From: Mobula hypostoma
Lineage: Eukaryota
NCBI RefSeq assembly: GCF_963921235.1
Contig: NC_086097.1
Coordinates: forward strand, 63,118,001-63,182,000
Reading direction: 5' to 3'
DNA length: 64,000 nt
Shown: positions 1-11,797 of the stretch, piece by piece
Layout of the letters: each line of letters starts with the position of its first letter
How positions within the stretch are numbered: position 1 is the first letter of the stretch
Notes under the pieces: model-generated
The model's database searches: none
What the model was told of the DNA's origin: nothing
Seen by the model: only the letters and a program-made list of their open reading frames with translations
Program-made: the position numbers and the translations under genes

Positions 1-355
1 AGAAACACTTGCTTTCAGTTGCGTTGTAGTTGTAGGTGGTGGCTGCCGCAGGACCTTCAAAGCAGTTAGTGAACTTCTGCATATATTCAGCACTGAATGC
101 ACAGCAAATGTTGATGCATGGTCAACCCTTCCTCTTAGAGTGGTGCAGCTTCTTTGGTACAATTCTCTCTTTGCTGGCTGCTAGGGAGTGGCCAGTGTTA
201 CTGTCTGTGCTGTGATAGCTGTGGGTGATCAGGACACTCATGAGATCTGCACGCCTGGTGATGACAAGATCTAGCTGATGCCAGTGGCGAGAACATAAGC
301 GCCTCCATGAGACCGTGTGAATCTCCTTGCACTGGAGATATGTGTTGGTCATGCA
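1..355 (-). mobile_element. RTE-clade LINE, inverted 5' segment (C-terminal part of the AP endonuclease), running off the left edge
   Basis: ORF 122..352(-) TNTYLQCKEIHTVSWRRLCSRHWHQLDLVITRR...SYHSTDSNTGHSL matches the RTE endonuclease pattern SW.HPRSKHWH.LD...DC.TDH.L. Confidence 0.8.
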
Positions 356-371
356 CAGTCCAGGGGTCAGC

Positions 372-2300
372 AGCCTCTGGCCAGAGTCAGACTGCTGCAG
401 AAGAGGACATCAAGAAGGCCACAGTCACCAAGACTGCCCCTCTGAAGTCTACGGCTGGAGAAGTCATACCTGATCAAGGCAAGCAGCTTCAGTGCTGGGT
501 TGCACACTATGTAGAGCTGAACTCAGCACAGGACGTGGTCACAAGTGCTGCACTCAAGGATATCCCAGATCCAGCAGCCGTGGAGGAGATGCACTGCCAA
601 CACCGGAAGAACTCAGCAAAACTACTGAATATCTCATTTGCAGGAAGGCCCCTGGAAATGACGACATCCCTCCAGAAATTTTGAAGAGTGGCAAAACAGC
701 ATTGCTGGACCATCTGCACGAGCTCCTCAGTCTCTGCTGGGAGAAAGGCTACATACCACAAGACCTTAAGATGCCAACATTGCCACTGCGTACAAGAACA
801 AGGGTGATCACACTGATTATAATAACTACTGCTGCATCTCCCTCCTCAGCATCGGGGGAAGGTCTTGGCCCAATTTGTTTTGGCATAGCTGCAGCACCTT
901 GCTCAAGGAGTTTACCCAGAGCAGCAGTGTAGTTTTAGCACAGGCAGATCCATTGTGGATATGATCTTCTCACTACACCAGCTGCAGGAGAAATGTCAGG
1001 AACAGCAAAACCCATCCTTCACTGCATTCATTGACTTGACAAAGGCATTCAACCTGCTTAGTGAAGTGAGCTCTTCAGGTTGCTGCAGAAGATAGGCAGC
1101 CCTCCCTCCAAAGCTGCTGGGGGTGATCAGTTTGTTCCATGAAGACATGCACAGTACCGTCTGCTTTAATAGCGCAACCTCAGGAAACTTGCCAGCGAGA
1201 AGTGGAGTAAAGCGAGGTTGCGTTCTGGCACCGGTATTCTTTGTCATTTCTTCTCCTTGCTGCTCTTGGAGAATGCGCCAAAGGAATCGTCTGACATAAC
1301 AGAGCTGACAACAAATCCTCCAACATTGATCACCTTCACTCTAAGACCGAGATCCGAGAGGTCTTCATTAGCAAGCGTCTTCACTGATAGCGCGGCACTG
1401 ACTCCCCATGCAGAAGGCCAACTGCAGCATTTCATTGACCACCTGTCTCATGCCTGTGAGGAGTTCAGGCTGACCATCAGCTTGAAGATAACAAATGTCA
1501 TGGCCCAGGACAGTGACTCCCTCCCATCAATGGTCACACTCCTTCACCTGTCTGGGGTCAACCATCACAAACTCTCTGTCCCTTGATGCTGAACTGAGCA
1601 ACAGAATAGCCAAGGCTGCAGCTGTTCTGGCTAGACTAAACAAGAGAACATCAAGCAATAGCCATCTGACTGCAACTACCCAACTGTATGTGTACCAGGC
1701 CTGTGCTCTTTGCACCCTCCTCTGCAGCAGAGAAACCTGGACAATCTGTGCTATCCAAGAGAAGAAACTGCACAGTTTTCACCTGCTCTGCCTCAGACGG
1801 ATCTTGCACATACCTTGGCCGGACAGAGTCACTAATATAGAGGTCTTACAAAGTGCAGACATTTCCACCGGAGACAACTCAGATGGTTAGGACACGTCAT
1901 CCGAATGGTCTCTGGTCAAATCCCGAAAGACCTGCTATATGGGCAGCTGGCAGAGTGTGTACACCCAGCTGGTCACCCACAGCTTTGCTTTAAGGACACC
2001 TGCAAGAAGAAGCTGAAGTTGGCCAACATCGATGTGAACTACTGGGAGCACATAGCAGGCAACTGGGCCACCTAGAGTCTGGCATTTTGTAAAGGTGTGC
2101 AAAGAGCAGAAAGTGCCCACAACAATGAGCTGGCTGCCAAGAGAGTGTGGCAGATGCCATCTTCCTTCACCTGCAGCCAGTGTGGAAGAGACTGTCACTT
2201 CAGAGTGGGACTCCTCAGACACTCTAGGAAGTGCACCGCCATGAGCTGACTTTTCTTGTGTGCTTTCTGTACTTCAAGACAGAGGGATGCCAACAGCATT
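372..2300 (+). mobile_element. RTE-clade LINE, decayed ORF (linker, RT, C-terminus) with many frameshifts and stops
   Basis: Fragments KTAPLKSTAGEVI, KAPGNDDIPPEILK, AFIDLTKAF (~1024-1050), SGVKRGCVLAP (~1201-1233), FTCLGSTI, KKLHSFHLLCLRRILHIPWPDRVTN. Confidence 0.88.
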
Positions 2301-2347
2301 ACTATAATAAACTGAGAAAAGATCAGAAGGGGAAATTGTAAGCTTAC

Positions 2348-2608
2348 TTCCCATTCTCATTTTGACACATTCTTCCACGGCCTCCTCTACTACCACAATA
2401 AGTCCACTCTACTCCTTTCCCTCCCCACACCTTCTTATTCTTACTTCTCCGCCCCCCCCCCAATTCCTTTCCAGTCCTGATAAAGGGTCTTGGCCGGAAA
2501 CTTTGAGGATTATTCCTCTATTTAGCTGCTGCCAGACCTGCTGAGTTCCTCCATCATTTAGTGTGTGTTGCTCTGGATTTCCAGCATCTGCAGAATCTCT
2601 TGTGTTTA
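2348..2608 (+). mobile_element. Penelope-like element 3'/pLTR fragment with decayed hammerhead motif and 11-bp TSD
   Basis: Same terminal sequence as the GIY-YIG-linked copy at 49030-49862; flanked by TGTAAGCTTAC at 2337-2347 and 2609-2619. Confidence 0.8.
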
Positions 2609-3519
2609 TGTAAGCTTACATGATTCTTTAAATGGGTTATATGGCTACATTTGATCTGTAATCTGTGTCTTCAACCCATTACATAAAGTAATAAAATCTC
2701 GGTTTTATTTTAATGAGAAAGAAGAATGAGACAAAATCTTGATGCTAAGATAACGCTGTAAAGCTGGATGACAAAAGTAGTATTTAATAAAAAGTCAAGT
2801 TGAATCTTTAAATGCGTCAAAAGCCAAATGACTTGAATTCATATCATTCTTTCTGAAGCACCTGTAATCACGTGAATCTTTGGACTTGAGGTCTTTTAGA
2901 AACTATTTGCTCTTGATTATATCAGTCAGTTTCACTACTGTTGCCATGTGGTCAAGCAATTTTATCCTGCAGAAACAACTGATTTAGAAATTTTAAGCTA
3001 TTTTTCATGAAAAAACATTAAAATTGTTCAAAAATGAATAATACGTATAGAAAATATAGTCACAAGACTATTTTACTTCCTACCTATAGGGTTACCGTCC
3101 ATGCATTGCTAACTGTATTACTTTAATTGTACTACTTCCTGACACTGCCAATTGATTTATTTCTGTACTTTTCCAAACGTAATACATTGATAGTAATTGT
3201 CAGCATTGGTATTTTCCCTGCAGGTCTTTGTAGCTCATTGTTCCAATCATAAGCAACTGACAACACATTTAACTTTTGAGCAACATTATAGTTGCCTCAT
3301 CCATTCAATGGCAGAAGAAATTCCTTCATCCTGTTTGTGAGGTCCACAATAAAACAGGGAGAAGATTTGATAGTCTGAGAGAAATGGTTGTGATATAGAA
3401 CTGACAGTAACAGTGATGAAAAAACCATCAATCGAACTTTTGAAAGTCTAGTACTTTTGAGTATAGAATAGGTACATTGAAAATGGTGGCAAGGTAGATA
3501 TTTTCCCTCATGGAAGGAG

Positions 3520-3890
3520 TGATCAGGTTCATTCCTAAACTCAGGTCCTGTTTATGTGGAATTTGCATGTTCTCCTTGCAACCACCCAAGTTACCTCTCA
3601 GTGCTCCAGTTTCCTCCCTTATTCCTGAGGCATGCGGCTTGGTAGCTTAAATAACCACCCAATATTGCCCTGATGAAAAATGGTAGAATTTAGGGTAAGC
3701 TGATGGAACGTAGAAAGAATAGGTTACTAGGAATAAGATTGCTCTGTGATCACACAAATGTCATTTGGAAATGTGGAAGGTAATTTTCAAGGCTTTGGGG
3801 AAGGAGTGGAAGAATGGGACTGAAAAGATTGCTCTACAACATTTAAGTATAAACTCAATGAACTAAATAGTCTCCCACTGTGCCATAATC
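3520..3890 (+). mobile_element. tRNA-derived V-SINE (HE1-like), diverged
   Basis: V-domain-like core tgtggaatttgcatgttctcc...gtgctccagtttcctccc, shared with other copies in the window. Confidence 0.65.
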
Positions 3891-4513
3891 ATTCCATAAC
3901 GTGAGAAGAAAGGTTCCCTAGTGTAGAAAGAATTCACCCAATATTTTTCCGTAATTTGGGTGTGGAGAAATCAGTCTCAAGTAACTTTCTCATAGTAATG
4001 TAGATTAAAGGGCCAATCGGCTTAGGACTTTGACACGTAGTTCAAAATAGTGCACTTAAAATCACTCAGCCGAGGGTATATATTTGTAACATAGCTAATG
4101 CACAGCTGAAGGTCAATGCTATGGATGTGTGTTAATGCATCAACCTACAATGAATTGCAGCTGAAACTCAGCCAGTTCTGTTCTGCTGTCATGGAATTGG
4201 AAGCATTACACTGGTGTTTTACTGTGATTTGCATTGTTCCTGATGCTGCAGATTACAATCGCAGAGTGTGTCATTAAATAGAGCTCAAATCTATGTTTGC
4301 CAATGGTCCAGTAATGAGCTAACAGCTGCTAATAATCAATCATAAAGAAATAACAAACCAGTTGCCTTTCAGATTATCTTTGCCCCAAGATTTCAATCAC
4401 CTTGGTGAAAAAAATTGAAGCATGGCTGATCCAAAGCAGTGGTGGTAAAGTAGAACACCTTTTAGTGACTAAGTTACTGGACTAATATCTGAATATCTGT
4501 ATTTCTAATCTCA

Positions 4514-5298
4514 AAGTTCAAAGTAAATTTATTATCAAAGTATACATATGTCATCATGTACAATGCTGAAATTGATTTTCTTGTAGGCATTCACAGTAAG
4601 TTCAAAAACCACAACAGAATCAACAGGACAGACATACAACCAACGTGTAAAAGACAACAAATGATGCAAATACAAAAAAATAAATAAATAAGCAATAAAT
4701 ATCGAGGACATGAAATGAAAAGTTCTTGCTAGTAAGCCCATAGGTGGGGGTACAGCTCAGTGATGGTGTGTGTGAAGTTGAGCGAAGTTATCCCCTCTGG
4801 TTCAAGAGTCCAATGGTTGGTGTGGGTCCTGAGTCTCCTGTACTTTTGGCTTGATGGCAGCAGAAAGGAGAGAGCATGACTTGAACTCTAGGGGTCCTTG
4901 ATAATGGATGCTGCTTTCCTGCATTATGTAGGTGTGCTCAATGTTGGGGAGGGTTTTACCCATGATATCTGGGCTGCATTTACAACTTCTTGCAGGATTT
5001 TCTGTTCGAAGGCATTAGTGTTTACACAACAGTCAATAAACTCTCCACCATGTTTGTCAAAGTTTTAGATGTCATGCCAAATCCTTGCAAACTTCTAAGA
5101 AAGTAGAGGCACGGTCGTGCTTTCTTCATAATGGCGTTTATGTGCTGGGCCCAGGACAGACCGTCTGAAATGATTACAATAAGGAATCTAAAGTTGCTGG
5201 TCCTCTCCATCTCTGACCTCCCGAAGAGGAATGGCACTGGCTCATGCACCTCTGGTCTCCTCTCCTGAAGTCAATGATCAGCTCCTTGGTGTTGCTGA
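4514..5298 (-). mobile_element. Rex1/Babar-type LINE 3' fragment
   Basis: ORF 5022..5249(-) IISDGLSWAQHINAIMKKARPCLYFLRSL; 3' UTR and tail (aaagttcaaagtaaatttattatc) shared with the copy at 33275-33845. Confidence 0.75.
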
Positions 5299-7760
5299 CA
5301 GAGTTGTCGTGATGGGAGATTTTAATTTCCCCGATATCGATTGGCATCTCCCTAAAGCAAAGGGTTTAGATGGGGTGGAGTTTGTTAGGTGTATTCAGGA
5401 AGGTTTCTTGACACAATATGTAGATAAGCCTACAAGAGGAGAGACTGTAGTTGATTTGGTATTGGGAAATGAACCTGGTCAGGTGTCAGAGCTCTCAGTG
5501 GGAGAGCATTTTGGAGATAGTGATCATAATTCTATCTCCTTTACAATGGCATGGGAGAGAGATAGGAACGGACAAGTTAGAAAAGTGTTTAATTGGAGTA
5601 AGGGGAATTATGAGGGTATCAGGCAGGAAATTGGAAGCTTAAATTGGGAACAGATGTTCTCAGGGAAAAGTACGGAAGAAATGTGGCAAATGTTCAGGGG
5701 ATATTTGCGTGGAGTTCTGCATAGGTACTTTCCAATGAGACAGGGGAGTTATGGTAGGGTACAGGAACCATGGTGTGCAAAGGCTGTCATAAATCTAGTC
5801 AAGAGGAAAAGAAAAGCTTACAAAAAGTTCAGAGAGCTAGATAATGTTAGAGATCTAGAAGATTATAAGCCTAATAGGAAGGAGCTTAAGAATGAAATTA
5901 GGAGAGCCAGAAGGGGCCATGAGAAGGCCTTGGCAGGCAGGATTAAGGAAAACCCCAAGGCATTCTACAAGCATGTGAAGAGCAAGAGGATAAGACGTGA
6001 AAGAATAGGACCTATCAAGTGTGACAGTGGAAAAGTGTGTATGGAACCGGAGGAAATAGCAGAGGTACTTAATGGATGCTTTACTTCAGTATTCACTATG
6101 GAAAAGGATCTTGGTGATTGTAGTGATGACTTACAGCAGACTGAAATGTTTGAGCATGTAGATATTAAGAAAGAGGATGTGCTGGAACTTTTGGAAAGCA
6201 TCAAGTTGGATAAGTTGCCGGGACGGATGAGATGTACTCCAGGCTACTGTGGGAGGTGAGGGAGGAGATTGCCGAGTCTCTGGCGATGATCTTTACATCA
6301 TCAATGGAGACGGAAGAGGTTCCGGAGGATTGGAGGGTTGTGGATGCTGTTCCTTTATTCAAGAAAGGGATTAGAGATAGCCCAGGAAATTATAGACCAG
6401 TGAGTCTTACTTCAGTGGTTGGTAAGTTGATGGAGAAGATCCTAAGAGGCAGGATTTATGAATATTTGGAGAGGTATAATATGATTCAGAATAGTCAGCA
6501 TGGCTTTGTCAAGGGCAGGTCATGCTTTATGAGCCTGATTGAATTTTTTGAGGATGTGACTAAACACATTGATGAAGGAAGAGCAGTAGATGTAGTGTAT
6601 ATGGATTTCAGCAAGGCATTTGATAAGGTACTCCATGCAAGGCTTATTGAGAAAGTAAGGAGGCATGGGATCCAAGGAGACATTGCTTTGTGGATCCAGA
6701 ACTGGCTTGTCCACAGAAGGCAAGGAGTGGTTGTAGACGGGTCATGTTCTGCATGGAGGTTGGTGACTAGTGGTGTGCCTCAGGGATCTGTTCTGGGACC
6801 CTCACTCTTTGTGATTTTTATAAATGACCTAGATGAGGAAGTGCAGGGATGGGTTAGTAAATTTGCTGATGACACAAAGGTTGGGGGTGTTGTGGATAGT
6901 GTGGAGGGCTGTCAGAGGTTACAGCGGGACATTGATAGGATGCAAAACTGGGCTGAGAAGTAGCAGATAGAGTTCAACCCAGATAAGTGGTTCATTTTGG
7001 TAGGTCAAATATGATGGCAGAATATAGTATTAATGGTAAGACTCTTGGCAGTGTGGAGGATCAGAGGAATCTTGGGGTCGGAGTCCATGGGACGCTCATA
7101 GCAGCTGTGCAGGTTGACCCTGTGGTTAAAAAGGTATATGGTGTATTGGTCTTCATTAATCGTGAGATTGAATTTAGGAGCCGAGAGGTAATGTTGCAGC
7201 TATATAGGACCCTGGTCAAACCCCACTTGGAGTACTGTGCTCAGTTCTGGTCGCCTCACTACAGGAAGGATGTGGAAACCATAGAAAGGGTGCAGAGGAG
7301 ATTTACAAGGATGTTGCCTGGATTTGGGAGTATGTCTTATGAAAACAGGTTGAGTGACCTCGGCCTTTTCTCCTTGGAGTGACAGAGGATGGGAGCTGAC
7401 CTGATAGAGGTGTATAAGATGATGAGAGGCATTGATCGTGTGGATAGTCAGAGACTTTTGCCCAAGGCTGAAATAGTTGCCACGAGAGGGCACAGGTTTA
7501 AGGTGCTGGGGAGTAGGTACAGAGGAGACGTCAGTTTTTCACTCAGAGTGGTGAGTGCATGGAATGGGCTGCCGGCGACGGTGGTGGAGGCGGATACGAT
7601 AGGGTCTTTTAAGAGACTTTTGGATAGGTACATGGAGCTTAGAAAAATAGAGGGCTATGTGTTAGCCTGGTAATTTTTATGGTAGGGACATGTTCAGCAC
7701 AGCTTTGAGGGCCAAAGGGCCTGTATTGTGCTGTAGGTTTTCTATGTTTCTATGTTTCTA
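5299..7760 (+). mobile_element. CR1-clade LINE, 5'-truncated within the endonuclease; ORF2 broken by frameshifts (~6225, ~6988) and stops (6961, 7380)
   Basis: [72 protein letters not shown]; 3' tail of TTCTATGT repeats at ~7740-7760. Confidence 0.95.
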
Positions 7761-8629
7761 AAAACTAGAATGATGGAGCATATATTCAGGAATAGGCAAA
7801 AATCCATTAAGTCCATAGATTGGCTTGGGGCTGTTTAGGAAAAACTGAACGGTTTTCACAGAGCACACAGCAGAAGGCAGGGGCCTTGGGCTTGCTTAAG
7901 TTTGGCCCCAGGAGTTACTTTAACAACTGCAGTGAGCTAATGCCACTGCTCCCCAAGCACCAGCTCACTGAAGTACACTTCTCCGTTATAGGCAGTGTTA
8001 GTTGAATCAAACTGAAACGTACTGAGACCAGCAGAGGCCTATGATGAGGCTACAGAGCTGAAAATCTTTGATGGCAGCTGTCACTTTAAGGTTCATCAGT
8101 GACTCCACTCTCCCCTAGGAATACGAGTCATACTTTGACTAGCTACAGCATTAACCTTTGCAAAGCTGCGAGTTTTAAATATCCATTAGGGATGCTAGAA
8201 ATCTATCCTTTACCACATTGTTGTTTGCTCCTCTTTTCTTGCAGAAAGGAAGTAGAACAGTCGAATTTCTCCCTGATCCCATTCCCTTCAAAACGCCATC
8301 ATTACAAAGATAATAAAAGAACAGGAAATATACTTTGGCAAACTAGTTCTTAGAACTAATACAATTTTCAGTATTTTATAAGGAAGATTAATATTGACTA
8401 CAATTCCTATAAATCAGTTAAAAAATCTAGAGGGGTTTTTCATTAAAGTATGCCCGGAATGATTAGGTATTCAAATATGAATTATATTAAGTGTTAACAA
8501 CCAACACCCCAGTTCCTTCTGTGTGTTTTCCACATTAAGTTTAAAGATTGTTTATCAACAAAATTTATTATGTAACCATTCTTTCTCTTTAGCAAAAATC
8601 ACCCTGCCTTCATTTATTATGATTCCAGA

Positions 8630-9080
8630 TTTCTAATTTAGATTTATTTGTCACAGGTACATCCAAACATATAGGGAAATGTGCCATTTGCATTAACAAC
8701 CAGCCTAAGAATGTATTGTGGGCAGCCCGTAAGTGACGCCAACATAGCATATCAACAATACTCAGCAGAACAACACAGAACACTATAGAACAGAACGTAG
8801 TAAACAGCAAAGCAGCAACATTGAAACACGCTCCGTTCCTCCTTCCCTCACTTCCAGCAACGAACACACACGCTGATACATTCCACTAGCTCCAAGACAG
8901 GTCATCTTCTTGAGCCTCCATCGGATTCATGGATTTGTAGACACTGGGGCCCAGTTTACCAAGCAGACTCACAGAGATTTGCAGAGCCCCAGCTCTGGCC
9001 ACCGAACTTCGACTTTTAGACCTGATTGACCTTAGGGCTTCGATTCGGGCCTCCAAACGACCCTTCAGGCTTCGGTCCTT
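8630..9080 (-). mobile_element. Non-autonomous retroposon fragment sharing the SINE 3' tail (gtgacaaataaa)
   Basis: The left end is the reverse complement of the tail seen at 15420-15460 and 31990-32040. Confidence 0.45.
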
Positions 9081-9269
9081 TTGGCACGCTATTAAGTACA
9101 GTAGTCTAATTTATAGCCAGTTTTGTCGCATATTTCGTTCACTTACCTTTGTGAGTTCTTAAGATGTAAAGAAGCTCTTCAATAATCTAGATGGGATAAT
9201 ATTCTGTCTTGAAAGAGTAATTGAAATACATTTGACTATTTTACACTGCATGTATTCATATAAGCGCTT

Positions 9270-9380
9270 GAGCAACACACACAAAATGCTGGAGGAACTC
9301 AGCAAGCCAGGCAACATAGTTCCTCCAGCATTTTGTGCACAGTGGTCAGGATTTCCCAAATCAGCAAAATTTCTTGTGTC
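9270..9380. mobile_element. Tiny PLE-terminus-derived insert with a perfect 20-bp inverted repeat and a 14-bp TSD
   Basis: cacaaaatgctggaggaact (9280-9299) pairs with agttcctccagcattttgtg (9318-9337); flanks are tcatataagcgctt (9256-9269) and tcatataactgctt (9381-9394). Confidence 0.8.
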
Positions 9381-9429
9381 TCATATAACTGCTTAATAAT
9401 TAAATCGTCTCAGCTGAATCATGCCGTAG

Positions 9430-9725
9430 TCAAGAGCAGAGAATCAGGCCCTTTATCCACTAAGTCCAAGCCAACCATCTGGCACTCATTTGCATTGATC
9501 TAATTTTTATTACCCCAGCACTCCAATTTATAACTTACCTACACACATCGGTGAATGCACAGTGTCAAATTAACCTGCTAAAATCATTGGCATTTGTGGC
9601 GGGGGCCATGGGGTGGGGGGGTGGTTGCCAAAGCACCCAGAGGACACCTGTGTAGACACAGGGAGAACATGCAAACTTCAAACAGCAGTACAAATTTTAA
9701 CCCAGGTGACTGTAGCTGGTAGGCC
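9430..9725 (-). mobile_element. V-SINE, diverged
   Basis: Reverse complement of the V-SINE core: agcacccagagga...acagggagaacatgcaaact. Confidence 0.6.
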
Positions 9726-10169
9726 ACCCTGACCAAATGATGTTTTAATGAAATTTGAAGTACTGCTGAATTGATTAATGTCTTAGTTTAATGAATTATC
9801 CAGTTTCCACTTCATGAACACAGGTCTGGCCATCAACATCACTGTAACAAGAGTGCAGCAGAGAACTGCTAGATTAAATGTGGCTTTGCACAGCTCATGT
9901 GATGTGAAGCTTAGCTAAACATCAATTGATCACTTTTGCAGAATGTTGACATGCCAGCTGCTGGGAAACCTTGAATGGAAGAATCATGCCTCCCAAAGAA
10001 GCTGGCAGTATTACTGTGGATAATTCCAAAATCATTTAAGTAAAATTTGGATAGTGAATAAAGTACAGTTTACAGCTTGGTATAGTCTATCTAACTTCTA
10101 CCTTCTTCTTCACATTACCCAGAGAATATTTACAAAACAATCTGATGTTAAATTATGAAGGAAGAGAGC

Positions 10170-10797
10170 ATATTGACAATAAACTGGACTGGTTTAAGAA
10201 CACTGAGGCTGTCTACAAGAAGGGTCAGAGCCGTCTCTATTTCCTGAGGAGACTGAGGTCCTTTAACATCTGCCGGACGATACTGAGGATGTTCTATGAG
10301 TCTGTGGTGGCCAGTACTATCATGTTTGCTGTTGTGTGCTGGGGCAGCAGGCTGAGGGTAGCAGACACCAACAGAATCAACAAACTCATTCGTAAGGCCA
10401 GTGATGTTGTGGGATGGAACTGGACTCTCTGACGGTGGTGTCTGAAAAGAGGATGCTGTCCAAGTTGCATGCCATCTTGGACAATGTCTCCCATCCACTA
10501 CATAATGGACTGGGTGGGCACAGGAGTACATTCAGCCAGAGACTCATTCCACCGAGATGCAACACAGAGCGTCATAGGAAGTCATTCCTGCCTGTGGCCA
10601 TCAAACTTTACAACTCCTTCCTTGGAGGGTCAGACACCCTGAGCCAATAGGCTGGTCCTTGGCTCATTTCCTGGCATAATTTACATATTACTATTTAACT
10701 ATTTATGGTTTTATTACTATTTATTATTTATGGTGCAACTGTAACGAAAACCAATTTCCCCTGGGATCAATAGAGTATGACTATGACTATGACTATA
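10170..10797 (+). mobile_element. Rex1/Babar-type LINE, 5'-truncated young 3' end
   Basis: KKGQSRLYFLRRLRSFNI...MFYESVVAS, HPLH, RCNTERHRKSFLPVAIKLYN; (ATGACT)n tail at ~10777-10796. Confidence 0.88.
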
Positions 10798-10880
10798 TCA
10801 TTTAATTTTTAGAAGAACTGCTGGTGGAAATGTAACAGCAGCTGTAGCTGAATTTATAAAGGCAACACCATTGAAAATCT

Positions 10881-11407
10881 GAGCAACACACACAAAATGC
10901 TGGAGGGACTTAGCAGACCAGGCAGCATCTATGGAAAAAAGAAAAAAAGTACAGTCGATGTTCTGGGCCTAAACCCTACAGCAGCACTGCAGAAGCAGAT
11001 TTAAAGGTGGGGAGGTGGGGGGGAGAGAATAACACCAGGTGATAGGTGAAACCTCGAGGGGGTGGGATGATGTAAAGAGCTGGGAAGTTGACTGGTGAAA
11101 GAGTCAGAAGCCATGGAAAAAAGGGAAAAAAAGGGGTAGGAGCACCAGAGGGAGGCGATGGGCGTGCAAGGAAGTAATGTGAGAGAGGGAAAGGGGGACA
11201 GGAAATGGTGAAGGGGGGATGTTGGGGGCATTACAGGAAGTTTGAGAAATCGATGTCCATGCCATCAGGTTGGACGCTACCCAAATGAAATATAAGCTGT
11301 TGTTCCTCCAACTTAAGTGTGGCCTCATCATGACAATGGAGGAGGTCACGGATGGACATATTGGAATGGGAATGGGAAGAGGAATTAAAATGGGTGGCCA
11401 CTGGGTG
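10881..11407 (-). mobile_element. Penelope-like element 3' end (GIY-YIG C-terminus plus pLTR) with 14-bp TSD
   Basis: PVATHFNSSSHSHS...LEEQQLIFHLGSVQPDGMDIDFSNF; ACCATTGAAAATCT at 10867-10880 and 11408-11421. Confidence 0.88.
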
Positions 11408-11486
11408 ACCATTGAAAATCTTCAAGGTTTATCATTGAGATGAACTAAACACAAAATAGAATGTAAGGAAATCTGAATTAAAACAT

Positions 11487-11797
11487 GGGGTGGCACAGTG
11501 GAACAGTTATCTGCCTCACAATGTCAGAGACTCAGGTTCATTCCTGAGCTCATATGCTGTCTGTGTAGTTTGGATGTTTTCCATTCGACCATAAGGTTTT
11601 CTCTGGTGACTTAGGTTCCAGAGACATGTGGTTGCTAGGATAATTGTCCCTAGACGAGTGGTAGAATTTGGATACCTTCATGGGCATGAGAGAAGAACAT
11701 AAAATGGGATTAACGTAGGGTTAGTTAAAATAAGAGAATAGTTGGCATGGACTTGCGAGGACAGAGGGCTCGTATCTGTGCTACATCTCTCTATGAC
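11487..11797 (+). mobile_element. tRNA-derived V-SINE (HE1-like)
   Basis: A-box-like ggtggcacagtgg, B-box-like ggttcattcc, V core, and a CR1-like tail ending tctctatgac. Confidence 0.7.

Noticed and set aside
5231..6259. 342-aa ORF as a host gene
   Set aside because: It is chimeric: the first ~22 codons are antisense Rex1 sequence, fused by chance to a truncated CR1 ORF2
7890..7970. Alu/7SL-like words (cccaggagtt...ctgcagtgagcta..gccactgc) with a 9-bp inverted repeat
   Set aside because: Only short gapped word matches, no A/B-box 5' part or poly-A tail, and Alu is primate-specific; probably coincidence
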